Shown: positions 45,754 through 56,003 of the stretch, piece by piece
Position numbering within the stretch: position 1 is the first letter of the stretch
How the letters are laid out: each line of letters begins with the position of its first letter
Origin: an uncultured Candidatus Saccharimonas sp.
GTDB taxonomy: Bacteria; Patescibacteriota; Saccharimonadia; Saccharimonadales; Saccharimonadaceae
Direction of reading: 5' to 3'
Length of the DNA: 64,000 bases
Assembly: GCA_963518805.1 (NCBI GenBank)
Contig: CAUQKG010000001.1
Span: 133,968-197,967, forward strand
The notes under the pieces: generated by a model
What the model was told of the DNA's origin: nothing
Databases searched by the model: none
Seen by the model: only the letters and a program-made list of their open reading frames with translations
Made by a program: the position numbers and the translations under genes

Positions 45754-46350
45754 TTATTTGTTAACACCAAGTTCAATTCGTGAGAATTGTCGCACAACGA
45801 TATTTTCACCAAGTTTTGCAACAGTTTCTTTCAAGAATTGTTCAACTGTTTTGCTATCATCCATAATGTAAGTTTGTGAAAGAAGAACTTTTTCAGCAAA
45901 GTATTTTTTCACTTGACCGTCAACAATTTTGGCAGCAATTTCAGCTGGCTTTCCTTCTTTCGAAACTCGCTCTTCAGCTTCAGCTTTAACACGAGCGATT
46001 TCTTCAGCTGGAATATCAGCCTCAGTAGCGTAAACTGGCGCCATAGCAGCAATTTGCATAGCAATTTGGTGTGCAAAGTTTTTGAAATCTTCAGTTCGTG
46101 CAACGAAATCAGTTTCACAGTTAACTTCAACAATCACACCAATTCGGCCACCGTGAACGTAAGCCTCAACCAAACCTTCACGAGCTTCGCGGTCACCTTT
46201 TTTCTCAGCCTTTGTTAGACCTTTTTTGCGAAGAGCTTCAAGTGCTTTATCAAAATCACCTTCAGCTTCAACAAGGGCTTTTTTGGCATCGGTCAAGCCA
46301 AGACCTGTCAATTCTTTTAGTTTCTTAATTTCTTCAATAGAAACAGCCAT
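45754..46350 (-). CDS. tsf: Elongation factor Ts (short form)
   Basis: IKKLKELTG.G..DAKKAL.EA.GD, EVNCETDFVAR, LGENI.V. Confidence 0.97.
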   Translation of the reverse strand: MAVSIEEIKKLKELTGLGLTDAKKALVEAEGDFDKALEALRKKGLTKAEKKGDREAREGLVEAYVHGGRIGVIVEVNCETDFVARTEDFKNFAHQIAMQIAAMAPVYATEADIPAEEIARVKAEAEERVSKEGKPAEIAAKIVDGQVKKYFAEKVLLSQTYIMDDSKTVEQFLKETVAKLGENIVVRQFSRIELGVNK

Positions 46351-46373
46351 TTTTATCCTTTCGAATTTAAGAA

Positions 46374-47066
46374 TTATTTATCAGTTTTAGCTTCTTTGAT
46401 AGCTTCAATCACATAATCTAACAGCAATTTAACACCTTTAATAGCGTCATCATTCGCTGGAATTACGTAATCAATTCCGTCTGGGTTCACATTTGTATCA
46501 ACAATTGCAACCACTGGAATATTCAAAGTTTTAGCTTCACGAATTGCGTTTGCATCAGCGATTGCATCAGTTACAAACAAAATTCCTGGGCGCCCCATTA
46601 AGTCTTTGATTCCACCGTATTTTATATTTAAAGCTTCAATTTCTTCAGCATATCGTTGAACTTCAAGTTTCGAATAGCGTTTTGCAAGTTCACCGCTGGC
46701 CATTCGTTTTTCAAGAGTTTTCAATTTCTTGATTTGTTGGTTTACAGTGGCTGAGTTTGTAAGCATTCCGCCAACCCATCGTTCAACAACATATGGTTGT
46801 TTTACGCTTTCAGCAGCTTCACGAACAGCTTCTTTAACTTGTTTTTTAGTTCCAACAAAAAGAACTTTTCGGCCAGATTCAACAGCTTTAGTAATAGCTG
46901 GAAGAGCTTTTTCAAGACCTTCAACAGTTTTAGTTAGGTCGATAATGTGGCTATCTTGACGCTTACTGTGAATGTACGGCGCCATTTTTGGGTGCCAGCG
47001 TGAAGTTTTGTGACCAAAATGAACGCCAGCTTCAAGCAATTGCTTGATGTCAACTTTTACAGACAT
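46374..47066 (-). CDS. rpsB: 30S ribosomal protein uS2
   Basis: LLEAGVHFGH.T.RW.PKM, LFVGTKKQ, RW.GGMLTN, DTN..P, IPANDDA. Confidence 0.98.
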   Translation of the reverse strand: MSVKVDIKQLLEAGVHFGHKTSRWHPKMAPYIHSKRQDSHIIDLTKTVEGLEKALPAITKAVESGRKVLFVGTKKQVKEAVREAAESVKQPYVVERWVGGMLTNSATVNQQIKKLKTLEKRMASGELAKRYSKLEVQRYAEEIEALNIKYGGIKDLMGRPGILFVTDAIADANAIREAKTLNIPVVAIVDTNVNPDGIDYVIPANDDAIKGVKLLLDYVIEAIKEAKTDK

Positions 47067-47083
47067 TTTAACTCCTTTGTCTT

Positions 47084-47135
47084 CATTTTTGGGGATAATT
47101 TCGAAAAACTCTCGAAAGGAATTCTCCCAAAAATT
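47084..47135 (-). promoter_or_regulatory. Structured rpsB-tsf leader (candidate uS2 autoregulatory hairpin)
   Basis: ATTTTTGGG...TTTCGAGA-gtt-TTTCGAAA...CCCAAAAAT stem-loop just upstream of the AAAGGAG RBS. Confidence 0.5.
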
Positions 47136-47257
47136 GTTTCATTAATTTATATTACTGTTTAATTTTATCATATAAGATGCCCAAAATCAAGCAACACATA
47201 GGTTAAGATTAAAGAATTGCAAGAAATTAAATTTCCTTTCTGAGTGAGAAAAAGTCG

Positions 47258-47854
47258 CTAGTATTTATTTGGAAAATATTCTTTTCCCAACTGCCATAAA
47301 TACTGATCAATTTCTTTAAGATTAAATTCTTCTAATCCATAGTACTCTCTAAAAGCAATAATTATATTTTTAAATTTTTGATAATCTTTTAGGTTTGAAT
47401 TCTTAAATTTAGAAAATTTATCTGTTTTTCTAAAGTATTTCAATACCTTTTCTACATAGCTATCATAAATAGGGTATTCTTTAGGATTATGATGGGAACA
47501 GTATTTAGTAGAAAAAGAATAGAACTTTCTAGTTACACCATTGATAGTAACATTTTGAATTTCATTAACTAAAGTTACATCACCTTGTCTCAACCTCTCG
47601 TCAATTTTAAGACTCAGTATATGTTCTGCAACTGGATAAACTGAGAAAATATTTGTACTATAAAAATCATTCAACGTAGCAACCTTTAATAAGATGTCAG
47701 AAATTTCTTCGTTACTTGGTAACAGCTCAAAAAATAATTTATCTAAAGCATCTTCTTGCAACTTATAATTTTTAAGATTTTTCCACGATTTCAAGTATTT
47801 TTCAACTTCAACGGCTGATGGTTTAGGAATAACAATATCTGATTCTTTATTCAT
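47258..47854 (-). CDS. Hypothetical protein, possibly HhH-GPD-like (DNA glycosylase-like) fold
   Basis: LNDFYSTN, YSFSTKYCSHHNP..YPIYDSYV..VL, LKEIDQYLWQLGK. AT-rich, no TTCGAA. Confidence 0.6.
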   Translation of the reverse strand: MNKESDIVIPKPSAVEVEKYLKSWKNLKNYKLQEDALDKLFFELLPSNEEISDILLKVATLNDFYSTNIFSVYPVAEHILSLKIDERLRQGDVTLVNEIQNVTINGVTRKFYSFSTKYCSHHNPKEYPIYDSYVEKVLKYFRKTDKFSKFKNSNLKDYQKFKNIIIAFREYYGLEEFNLKEIDQYLWQLGKEYFPNKY

Positions 47855-47931
47855 GAGCGCATTATATCATACTTAGAGCAAAAAAGAAAAGAGGCTTCAA
47901 CCTCTTTTCCGCCATCTCTAGCTATTAAAAG

Positions 47932-49239
47932 TTAAAGCTTTTTTCGAATAACAGCTACACTAGTGATTAAAGTTAAAATAATATAATTTAACGCAAGTAA
48001 TGCATTAGAATTCTGTTTTTCTACACCAGTATTTGGAGCATAAAGCCAAACTGGAGATATTTTTGTTTTAAATTCACCTTTATTGTCTATTTCCTGTGCT
48101 GGAATTTTATCATCTTTCGGAATTATATTCTTTTTATAAATAATATTTTCAACAATATTTTCACTATTAGCATTAACTGCTAATTCATTTACCGCTTCTT
48201 TATCGTAAGTATATCCTTCAATCTTCGGAGCATTAACCTTTTCGAAAGTATGAGCTTTTTTCCAATCACTATCATCAACAGTATAAGTTCCTTCAACTAA
48301 TTTACCACGATAACATGACCCGTTAGTAATTCGTTTGAAATATGCCTTCTGAACTGTAGGTTTAGCAGCAATAGATCCATCTTTATACAAATAATTAATC
48401 GTTCGTTGTACAGTTTTATTTTCTACAAAACTGCAGGGGTATATAGGTGGAGTATCCACTGTATCAAAATCCTGAATAATATCTCCATTGATATCTTTCA
48501 CTTTAGACACCACAGAGAGCTGCCTCAACCATGGATCTAGTAGCATAGATGAAACATCAATAGTTGTAGAAAATGTTCCGTCTGCTTGAACGATTGCCGA
48601 ACCATTTTTAACAGGATTATCCAACATAAATCCCTCATTAACTCCAAATGTTACAGTTTCACCTGCGGGTACATTTTTAGTAGTTCCAGTAATATTTAAA
48701 ATTCCACGTTTTTCATCTAATGTTATAGTTGTATCGATATTAGTTTGCGCAATATAATCTATACCGAAAACATCATTATCTACCCCAGGGCCATAAGGAG
48801 CGTAACCGTTCCAAGAACCCTTCATGCTAACAAATAATTTTCCATAAGGTAATGACGAAATATCTATATCAACCTTATATGGAGTGCCATCTTGTTCAAA
48901 ATAATTATTTGTTATTTTTTCATATTCTTTCACGCCAATATAATTTTCTTTCGTTACTGGAACGCTAACCATTTTACCACCTGTAGTTTTTACAATGGCA
49001 GTGAGTGTCTGGTTTTTTGCATTTTCCAAATTCTCAATTTGGCCATAAATCGTAAGGGTCTTTTGTGAATCAATACAGTATTTTCTTATACTAATTGTAT
49101 AGTTAGAATTTCCAACTACACCGCTAGTATTACCGCACCGCTCTACAGAAGCGTATGCACTATTATTTACTCCCTCAGAAAAAACGCCAAAAATAGAAAA
49201 GGCGCAAAATAGGATAAAAAACCCAAATTTTCTTTTCAT
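47932..49239 (-). CDS. Surface protein with Ig-like domains, Mub B2-like repeat and APNTG-TM tail
   Basis: Signal peptide ending AYA; KTVQRTINYLY.DG.......Q...F.R...F..V..P.IEGYT (Mub B2); YAPNTGVE, then TM and RKK. Confidence 0.8.
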   Translation of the reverse strand: MKRKFGFFILFCAFSIFGVFSEGVNNSAYASVERCGNTSGVVGNSNYTISIRKYCIDSQKTLTIYGQIENLENAKNQTLTAIVKTTGGKMVSVPVTKENYIGVKEYEKITNNYFEQDGTPYKVDIDISSLPYGKLFVSMKGSWNGYAPYGPGVDNDVFGIDYIAQTNIDTTITLDEKRGILNITGTTKNVPAGETVTFGVNEGFMLDNPVKNGSAIVQADGTFSTTIDVSSMLLDPWLRQLSVVSKVKDINGDIIQDFDTVDTPPIYPCSFVENKTVQRTINYLYKDGSIAAKPTVQKAYFKRITNGSCYRGKLVEGTYTVDDSDWKKAHTFEKVNAPKIEGYTYDKEAVNELAVNANSENIVENIIYKKNIIPKDDKIPAQEIDNKGEFKTKISPVWLYAPNTGVEKQNSNALLALNYIILTLITSVAVIRKKL

Positions 49240-49403
49240 ATATTACTCCATATTTAAAATTTATTTCAAGACTATCCTAATACACCTTAAAACTAAAAGC
49301 AAGCATAGGCATTTTATTTTATTTAAAATATTATATAATATGCTTATTTTTAACTTAATTTTCTATTTACTTTCTTAAAATAATATGTTAAAATAGAAAA
49401 GTT

Positions 49404-49724
49404 ATGAAAAAGAATTTACATCCAACCGAATATCGCCCTGTCGTATTTAGCGACGAGGTGGCTGGATTTGCTTTCTTGACTCGCTCAACAGCAGATTCAA
49501 AAGAAACTATCAAATGGGAAGACGGCAACGAATACCCACTTGTAAAAATGCACATCTCAAGTGCCTCTCACCCATTCTTTACTGGTGAAGAAAAAATCAT
49601 CGACACCGAAGGTCGCGTTGACCGCTTCAAACGAGCTCAAGAAATGGCCGCTGCTCGTAAAGAAGCTTTGGCAAACAAAGCCAAAAAGCAAGCTGCTGAA
49701 AAAGCTAAAAAAGCTGAACGATAA
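49404..49724 (+). CDS. rpmE2: 50S ribosomal protein bL31 type B (no Zn-binding cysteines)
   Basis: MKK.LHP..YRPVVF.D...[17 protein letters not shown]...[10 protein letters not shown]. Confidence 0.95.
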   Translation: MKKNLHPTEYRPVVFSDEVAGFAFLTRSTADSKETIKWEDGNEYPLVKMHISSASHPFFTGEEKIIDTEGRVDRFKRAQEMAAARKEALANKAKKQAAEKAKKAER

Positions 49725-49770
49725 TTCATCTAGAAAAATCTCGCAATTAAATGTGAGATTTTTTATTTTA

Positions 49771-50433
49771 CTATTCTAACTGCCAATCAATTGGAGTTTC
49801 ACCATTTTGTTCTAAAAATTTGTTCGCTTTCGAAAAAGGCCTTGAGCCAAAAAATCCACGCCGCGCTGAAAATGGCGAAGGATGCGCACTCTCAATTTTA
49901 AGGTGTTTTGAGTTAGTTATTCGGGCACCAATTTTTTGTGCATGCGCTCCCCACAAAATAAAAACTAATGGCTTTTCGAAATCATTTAAAAAGTCTAAAA
50001 CATGTTCTGAAAATTCCATCCAACCAAAATTTGCGTGGCTTGCTGGCTTGCCTTTTTCAACGCTAAAAGAAGTATTTAGTAGTAAAACACCTTGTTCCGC
50101 CCAAGATTCTAAAAAACCATCGCTGGCTGGCTCAATTCCTAGGTCGCTTTGCAGTTCTTTATAAATATTTTGCAAACTTGGTGGAATTTTAACGCCTTTT
50201 TTAACCGAAAAACTCATTCCGTGCGCCTGCCCTTCTCCATGATAAGGATCTTGACCGATAATCACAACTTTAGTTTTTTCAAGCGGGCATTTTTTAAAGC
50301 AAGAAAAAATCTCTTCTCTTGAAGGAAAAATCTCTTTCGAAATACGCTCGTGTTCAACTTTTTGCCACAACTTTTTAAAATATGGCTTGGTGGCTTCATT
50401 TTCGATAAATTCTCGCCAAGAGGTTATTTTCAT
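49771..50433 (-). CDS. ung: Uracil-DNA glycosylase family 1
   Basis: GQDPYH, PPSL.NI, WA.QGVLLLN, HPSPFS. Confidence 0.97.
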   Translation of the reverse strand: MKITSWREFIENEATKPYFKKLWQKVEHERISKEIFPSREEIFSCFKKCPLEKTKVVIIGQDPYHGEGQAHGMSFSVKKGVKIPPSLQNIYKELQSDLGIEPASDGFLESWAEQGVLLLNTSFSVEKGKPASHANFGWMEFSEHVLDFLNDFEKPLVFILWGAHAQKIGARITNSKHLKIESAHPSPFSARRGFFGSRPFSKANKFLEQNGETPIDWQLE

Positions 50434-50507
50434 ATCAAAATCTTATCATAACCACAATCAAATTTCAATACTTCAAATTTATGCGAATTTCTGGTATAAT
50501 ATTTTAT

Positions 50508-51587
50508 ATGCCAAAAATTGATCTAAATCTTGAGAAACTTAAAACTGAGCGCGAAGAAATTCAGGCTTTTTTGAACGAGCCAAACGCTTATTCTTCGCCT
50601 GATTTTTCTGCCAAAAACAAGCGATTCACCGAACTTGAAAAAATTATTGAGCGTGGTGAACTACGTGAAAATCTTGAAAAAAATATCGAAGAAGCGCGCG
50701 AACTTGCTGGTCTTGAAACTGGTGAGCTTGCAGAACTTGCCAAAATTGAAATTGCCGAAAGTGAAGAAAAACTTGCCAATCTTGAGCAAGAGCTTTTCGA
50801 AATGCTTCTACCAAAAGACCCAAACAATGATAAAAACGTGATCGTTGAAATTCGTGCAGGAGCTGGTGGCGACGAAGCTTCCCTTTTTGCGAGCGAACTT
50901 TACCGCATGTATTTGCGATATTGTGAACAAAATGGCTTAAAAACCGAACTTTTGAGTGAATCCGCAAACGATGCTGGCGGCTATAAAGAAGTTGTTTTTG
51001 GAGTAAAAGGCGACGCTCCTTATTCAAAATTAAAATTCGAAAGTGGTGTTCATCGAGTTCAGAGAATTCCAGCTACCGAATCACAGGGGCGGATTCACAC
51101 TTCAACCGTAACAGTAGCAGTTTTGCCTGAGGCCGAAGAGGCTGATATTGAAATCAATCCGAATGATTTGCGAATCGATGTTTATCGCTCGGGTGGTCAT
51201 GGTGGCCAGAGTGTGAACACGACCGATTCTGCTGTGCGAATCACCCACATTCCAACTGGTATGGTGGTTACAAACCAAGATGAAAAATCACAAATTAAGA
51301 ACAAGGAAAAAGCCCTTGGAATTTTGCGTGCGCGCCTACTTCAAGCTAAAATTGATGAAGAAAACGCCAAACTTACCGCCGAACGCCGTAGCCTAATTGG
51401 CTCTGGCGACCGCTCCGAAAAGATTCGAACTTACAACTTCCCGCAAGATCGCATCACCGACCACCGGATTGGCTTCTCAAGAAGCAATATTCCAGCCGCA
51501 ATGAATGGGCAAATTTCAGATATTGTTGAACACTTACAAGCTGCCGAGCTTGAATTCTTGGCCGCTAACGCTTCAGAAAATAACTAA
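50508..51587 (+). CDS. prfA: Peptide chain release factor 1
   Basis: PAT motif ([14 protein letters not shown]), [20 protein letters not shown] 50508 lies 7 nt after TGGTATAAT. Confidence 0.97.
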   Translation: MPKIDLNLEKLKTEREEIQAFLNEPNAYSSPDFSAKNKRFTELEKIIERGELRENLEKNIEEARELAGLETGELAELAKIEIAESEEKLANLEQELFEMLLPKDPNNDKNVIVEIRAGAGGDEASLFASELYRMYLRYCEQNGLKTELLSESANDAGGYKEVVFGVKGDAPYSKLKFESGVHRVQRIPATESQGRIHTSTVTVAVLPEAEEADIEINPNDLRIDVYRSGGHGGQSVNTTDSAVRITHIPTGMVVTNQDEKSQIKNKEKALGILRARLLQAKIDEENAKLTAERRSLIGSGDRSEKIRTYNFPQDRITDHRIGFSRSNIPAAMNGQISDIVEHLQAAELEFLAANASENN

Positions 51588-51590
51588 TTT

Positions 51591-52424
51591 ATGCGAGAGA
51601 CTATTGAATCTTGGCTGAAAAAATCAGCTCAAAAACTTAGAAATGCTAAAATTGAAAGCTCAAAACTTGATGCTGAGCTAATTTTAGCAAACGTTTTAAA
51701 AGTTGAACGAACTTTTTTACATGCAAATCCGCAAAAAAAGCTTTCGAAAAATGTTATTTTTCACGCAAATAATTTTTTAAATAAGCGCCTGAAGAGGATT
51801 CCGCTCGCTTATATTTTTCGAGAAAAAGAGTTTTTTGGAAGAACTTTTTTCGTGAACGAAAATGTACTGGTTCCTCGCCCAGAAACTGAAACCTTAATTG
51901 AAATTACTAAAAAAATTGCCAAAAATGGCGATAAAATTTTAGATGTTGGTACAGGTTCTGGAATAATTCCAATCACTCTAAAAGCTGAGCTTGGCGAAAA
52001 TATAGATCTTTTTGCGAGCGATATTTCGCTTCAAGCGCTTTCTGTGGCGAATCTAAACGCTATAAAAATCCTTGAAAGTAAAATTGAGCTTTTCGAAAGT
52101 GACCTTTTAAGCCAAATACCGTCAGAAATTCTTTCAAAAATAACAATAATTACAGCAAATCTACCTTATGTCAATAAAGATTGGGTAAATTTCAAAAAGA
52201 ATAATGAGCTACATTATGAACCACAAATTGCACTTTATGCTCAGAAAAATGGATTAGAGACAATTTTTAATTTAATTTTTCAAGCTCAGGATTTACCAAA
52301 ATTGCAAAAAATTATTCTTGAAGCTAATCCTTCTCAATTTGAGGAAATTGAAAATTACGCCAAAAAATGTGGTTTTTCAAAAACTTATTCAGAAAATTAC
52401 ACAATTGTTTTTGAGAAAAAATAA
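51591..52424 (+). CDS. prmC: Release factor glutamine methyltransferase
   Basis: PLAYI, VLVPRPETE, LDVGTGSG, ANLPY, EP..AL; follows prfA. Confidence 0.95.
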   Translation: MRETIESWLKKSAQKLRNAKIESSKLDAELILANVLKVERTFLHANPQKKLSKNVIFHANNFLNKRLKRIPLAYIFREKEFFGRTFFVNENVLVPRPETETLIEITKKIAKNGDKILDVGTGSGIIPITLKAELGENIDLFASDISLQALSVANLNAIKILESKIELFESDLLSQIPSEILSKITIITANLPYVNKDWVNFKKNNELHYEPQIALYAQKNGLETIFNLIFQAQDLPKLQKIILEANPSQFEEIENYAKKCGFSKTYSENYTIVFEKK

Positions 52425-52442
52425 CCCAACAAGGGGTTATTT

Positions 52443-53603
52443 TTATTTATGATATTCTTCAAGAGTTGCGCGAGTGGATTTTTCTCTACCGTCTCGAATA
52501 TAAGAAATTTCAACAGTATCACCAACAGACTTTTCGCCGATTAAGGAACTAACGCTGGAATTTTTAGAAACCTCAACACTATCAATTTTTGTGATTATAT
52601 CTCCGTCCTTTAAACCAGCTTTTTGTGCAGGGCTACCATAGACAATAGCATTACCTTTTCTTGACTTAACTAAAGCACCTTTCGAAACATCAAGATTATA
52701 TTTTTTTCTAATTTGCGGATTGATTGATATATAACTCGCTCCAAGATAAGCTCGTTTCGGATCCTTACCTTCGCTAATAGACTTTAAGATACCCTTTACT
52801 GAAGAGATTGGTATTGCAAAACCAATACTTTGAGCTTTAGAGGCGACCGCAGTATTAATTCCAATCACCTGACCTTGTGCATTCACTAAAGGACCACCAG
52901 AATTTCCACTATTAATTGCTGCGTCTGTTTGAATCATATCAGTCAAAACTTCTCTTAAAGAACCGTCTTCACTAGAAGCCTCAACCGTACGACCAATTCC
53001 AGAAATAATACCACTCGTAACAGTGCCGTCATATTCGCCTAAAGCATTTCCGATCGCAATCACTTGCTGTCCAATATTTATCTTCTTCGAATCTCCAAGT
53101 TCGGCGGCTTTCAATCCTTTTGCGTTCGAAATCTTTAAAATTGCAATATCGCTCATTGGGTCAACCATAACCACTCTGACGCTTTCATAAGAATCGCCGC
53201 TATTAGTAATAACTAAAATTTCAGAAGATTTTTCAATAACGTGTTTGTTTGTTAAGATATAGCCATTTTCACTAATAATAATTCCCGTTCCTGCGCTTGC
53301 AGAATCTTCTGTTGAATAAAAGAATCTTGAACTTTTTTGATTTTTACTAACAATAGAAACAACACTTTGCGAAACTCTATTCGCAACCGATTCAATTGAA
53401 TTAGAATCCATTTGATTCGCAAAATTTGAAGCTTTATCACTCGCCGAAAAGTTGAATTTTGCAGACCCAGTTTTATTCTTATTTAATAAATTACTTTTTG
53501 ATATGATTTGAGCTAAAATAATTACACAAAAGACAGCCACCACCATAATTATGGCTATTAAAAATTGACTTTTTGGCTTTTTAAAATATTTTCGAAAATT
53601 CAT
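52443..53603 (-). CDS. htrA: HtrA/DegP-family serine protease with PDZ domain
   Basis: GTG.I....GYILTN.HV, DIA.LK, IQTDAAINSGNSGGPL. Confidence 0.95.
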   Translation of the reverse strand: MNFRKYFKKPKSQFLIAIIMVVAVFCVIILAQIISKSNLLNKNKTGSAKFNFSASDKASNFANQMDSNSIESVANRVSQSVVSIVSKNQKSSRFFYSTEDSASAGTGIIISENGYILTNKHVIEKSSEILVITNSGDSYESVRVVMVDPMSDIAILKISNAKGLKAAELGDSKKINIGQQVIAIGNALGEYDGTVTSGIISGIGRTVEASSEDGSLREVLTDMIQTDAAINSGNSGGPLVNAQGQVIGINTAVASKAQSIGFAIPISSVKGILKSISEGKDPKRAYLGASYISINPQIRKKYNLDVSKGALVKSRKGNAIVYGSPAQKAGLKDGDIITKIDSVEVSKNSSVSSLIGEKSVGDTVEISYIRDGREKSTRATLEEYHK

Positions 53604-53606
53604 ATT

Positions 53607-54392
53607 TTAACCTTTCGCAACTGGGATTGAAGAAAAGAATAACAATAAAGTCAAGATGAGAATTGTTGCAAAAATCACCTCTGGTAGAAATTCTTTTCGT
53701 TCCCTTTCTTTATCTTTATCTGAAACGATCACATTAAAACCAATAAAACTTAAAACTGTTAAAATAATTGCTGCCTGAGGAATTACAAAATTAAAATATG
53801 GCGCAAAGTTAATGCGATAGCCAATCACCAAAAAGTTAAAAATCCAAGCAAATTCAGCAATAATTAAACCCCAAAAAAGACTAAAAATCTCAATATTTAA
53901 ATCTGCATAAGATGAAATAATGTGCCGAATTGTTGAATATCCGAGCAAGAATGCCAAGATAAAAATTAAAGCTTCGTTCCAACCGTAAGTAATCGAATAT
54001 AAAGCCGAAAACCCAAAGAATACGGTGAAAAGAGCTTGAACTTGCACGAATAATTCTTTTGAACTCGGTTTGATAATTGTTAACCAAAATATGTATAAAG
54101 CCAATAGTAGCCCTTGCGAGAAGATATAATCTATACCTGTTGAGAACATTAAAATAACTATACTCAACGAAAAGATTAAATCAACAAGATTTGATTTTAC
54201 GTTTGCGAGCCAAAATCTTGGCCGAACAGCAAAAGTTCGCCATTTGCTCACAAAAACCAAAAGAATTGCAATCCAAGGAGTTTTAGTAATATAAATAGAG
54301 AGCCAAACAATAACCGCCAAAACAATATTTAAAAAAATATGCGCAATATTTCCCCAAAAAGAATGTTTTTTCGAAATTCTAATAAAATCCAT
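53607..54392 (-). CDS. Polytopic membrane protein of unknown function
   Basis: About 8 hydrophobic helices; SKWR.FAVRPRFW.AN..SN.VD segment. Confidence 0.8.
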   Translation of the reverse strand: MDFIRISKKHSFWGNIAHIFLNIVLAVIVWLSIYITKTPWIAILLVFVSKWRTFAVRPRFWLANVKSNLVDLIFSLSIVILMFSTGIDYIFSQGLLLALYIFWLTIIKPSSKELFVQVQALFTVFFGFSALYSITYGWNEALIFILAFLLGYSTIRHIISSYADLNIEIFSLFWGLIIAEFAWIFNFLVIGYRINFAPYFNFVIPQAAIILTVLSFIGFNVIVSDKDKERERKEFLPEVIFATILILTLLLFFSSIPVAKG

Positions 54393-54468
54393 ACTTTCTC
54401 TATTATATCACACAATTTTAAAAATAACCATAATTGAAAATCTTTAAAAATCATGCTAAAATATAAAA

Positions 54469-55086
54469 ATGAAGAGTAATTTTTGGCAACGGCATCCTCG
54501 AATAGCCGACACTTTCGGGATTTTTGTTTTCTTTTTTTGTGTAACTTTAGGAACAATCTTTATTAATACTTTTATTTTTCAAAGCTTCACTATTGTTGGC
54601 TCGAGTATGGAACCAACTTTCAAAGACGGCGATAAAGCCATTATAAATCGTCTACCCTTAACTTGGGCAAATTTTACGAACACAAAATTTATACCAAAAC
54701 GTGGTGAGATCATTGTTTTCGAAAACCCACAGTTTATCGACGGAATGAAAGATCAATATATTATTAAACGCGTGATCGCCTTTGCTGGTGAAAAAGTAAA
54801 GGTAGAAAAAGGAAAATTGATAGTTTACAACGATAAACATCCTAACGGTTTCAGCCCAGACGATAATTTTAATAATGAACCAAAAAAGTATACAAGTCAT
54901 GATGGAGAATGGACTGTTCCAGAAAATGAAATATTCGTTTCAGGTGATAATCGCGAAGGAAATAATTCATACGATTCCCGAAGCGGTCTTGGTACTGTTC
55001 CACTGTATAAAATTGTTGGCCCTGTTGCCTTTCGAATCTTTCCTTTTAATAAAATTCGCAATTTTGAATATTCACAAAACTATTAA
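54469..55086 (+). CDS. lepB: Signal peptidase I
   Basis: GSSMEPT...GD, YIIKRVI, GDNR..N.SYDSR. Confidence 0.95.
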   Translation: MKSNFWQRHPRIADTFGIFVFFFCVTLGTIFINTFIFQSFTIVGSSMEPTFKDGDKAIINRLPLTWANFTNTKFIPKRGEIIVFENPQFIDGMKDQYIIKRVIAFAGEKVKVEKGKLIVYNDKHPNGFSPDDNFNNEPKKYTSHDGEWTVPENEIFVSGDNREGNNSYDSRSGLGTVPLYKIVGPVAFRIFPFNKIRNFEYSQNY

Positions 55087-55092
55087 AATATA

Positions 55093-55120
55093 AAAATAAC
55101 CCTTTTAACGGGGTTATTTT
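55093..55120. terminator. Bidirectional terminator lepB/parB
   Basis: AAAATAACCC...GGGTTATTTT. Confidence 0.7.
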
Positions 55121-56003
55121 ATTTTGAAAGAATTTCCTCAAGTCGCTTTAGCTCTTCTTCGCTTTTAAATTTAATGACGATCTTTCCTGAACCTCTTGCA
55201 GAAGTTTTAATATCCACATCTGCACTCAGTTTTTTCGAAATATGCTTAACTGTTTTTTCGAAAGGATTGTTCACTTTTTTAGGTTCAACTTTTTTAGACT
55301 CTTCAATCTGTTTTTTATAATTCACCAAGAATTGTTCAATTTTACGTGAGCTCCAATTTTCCTCAATAATTTTTGGCAGAATTTTCTTGATAGTTTCCTC
55401 ACCAATCTTTAAAAGTGGGCGCGCTTGACCTTCTTTTAGTTCACCAGAAATAATATAATCTTTAACAATTTGTGGAAGTTTTAACAAACGCAAAGTGTTT
55501 AAAACCGCACTTTCGCTCCTTCCGCCAACGCGTTCGCCAATTTCCTTTGCCGTTAAATTAAATTGTTCACGAAGTTTCAAATAAGCTTCAGCCATCTCAA
55601 GAACATTTAAATTATCGCGCTGAATATTTTCGATCAAACTTAATTCAAGGCGGTTTTGGTCAGAAAGCTCGCGAACAACCGCGGGAACTCTTTCTAACCC
55701 CGCGAGCTTTGAGGCGCGATAACGCCTCTCACCAGCGACAATTAAAAACTTCGAGTTTTTTCGAACAACTACGATTGGCTGTAAAACACCATGAATCCTA
55801 ATTGAGTTTGCGAGTTCTTCAAGCTTTTCTTTATTAAAGTGCCGGCGAGGTTGCTCTGGATCAGGCGAAATATCACTAATTTTTATCTCTTTTAGTTGGC
55901 TTTTATCATATTCCAAACCTAACTCTGAATCGATTTTTTCATCAACAATCATCTCGGTTGGAATCAAAGAAGAAAATCCACGACCAAGTCCTTTTTTTGC
56001 CAT
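55119..56003 (-). CDS. parB: Chromosome partitioning protein ParB
   Basis: KGLGRG, QPR..F, GVLQPI, IVAGERR.RA, ENIQR.NL, HTH. Confidence 0.96.
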   Translation of the reverse strand: MAKKGLGRGFSSLIPTEMIVDEKIDSELGLEYDKSQLKEIKISDISPDPEQPRRHFNKEKLEELANSIRIHGVLQPIVVVRKNSKFLIVAGERRYRASKLAGLERVPAVVRELSDQNRLELSLIENIQRDNLNVLEMAEAYLKLREQFNLTAKEIGERVGGRSESAVLNTLRLLKLPQIVKDYIISGELKEGQARPLLKIGEETIKKILPKIIEENWSSRKIEQFLVNYKKQIEESKKVEPKKVNNPFEKTVKHISKKLSADVDIKTSARGSGKIVIKFKSEEELKRLEEILSK

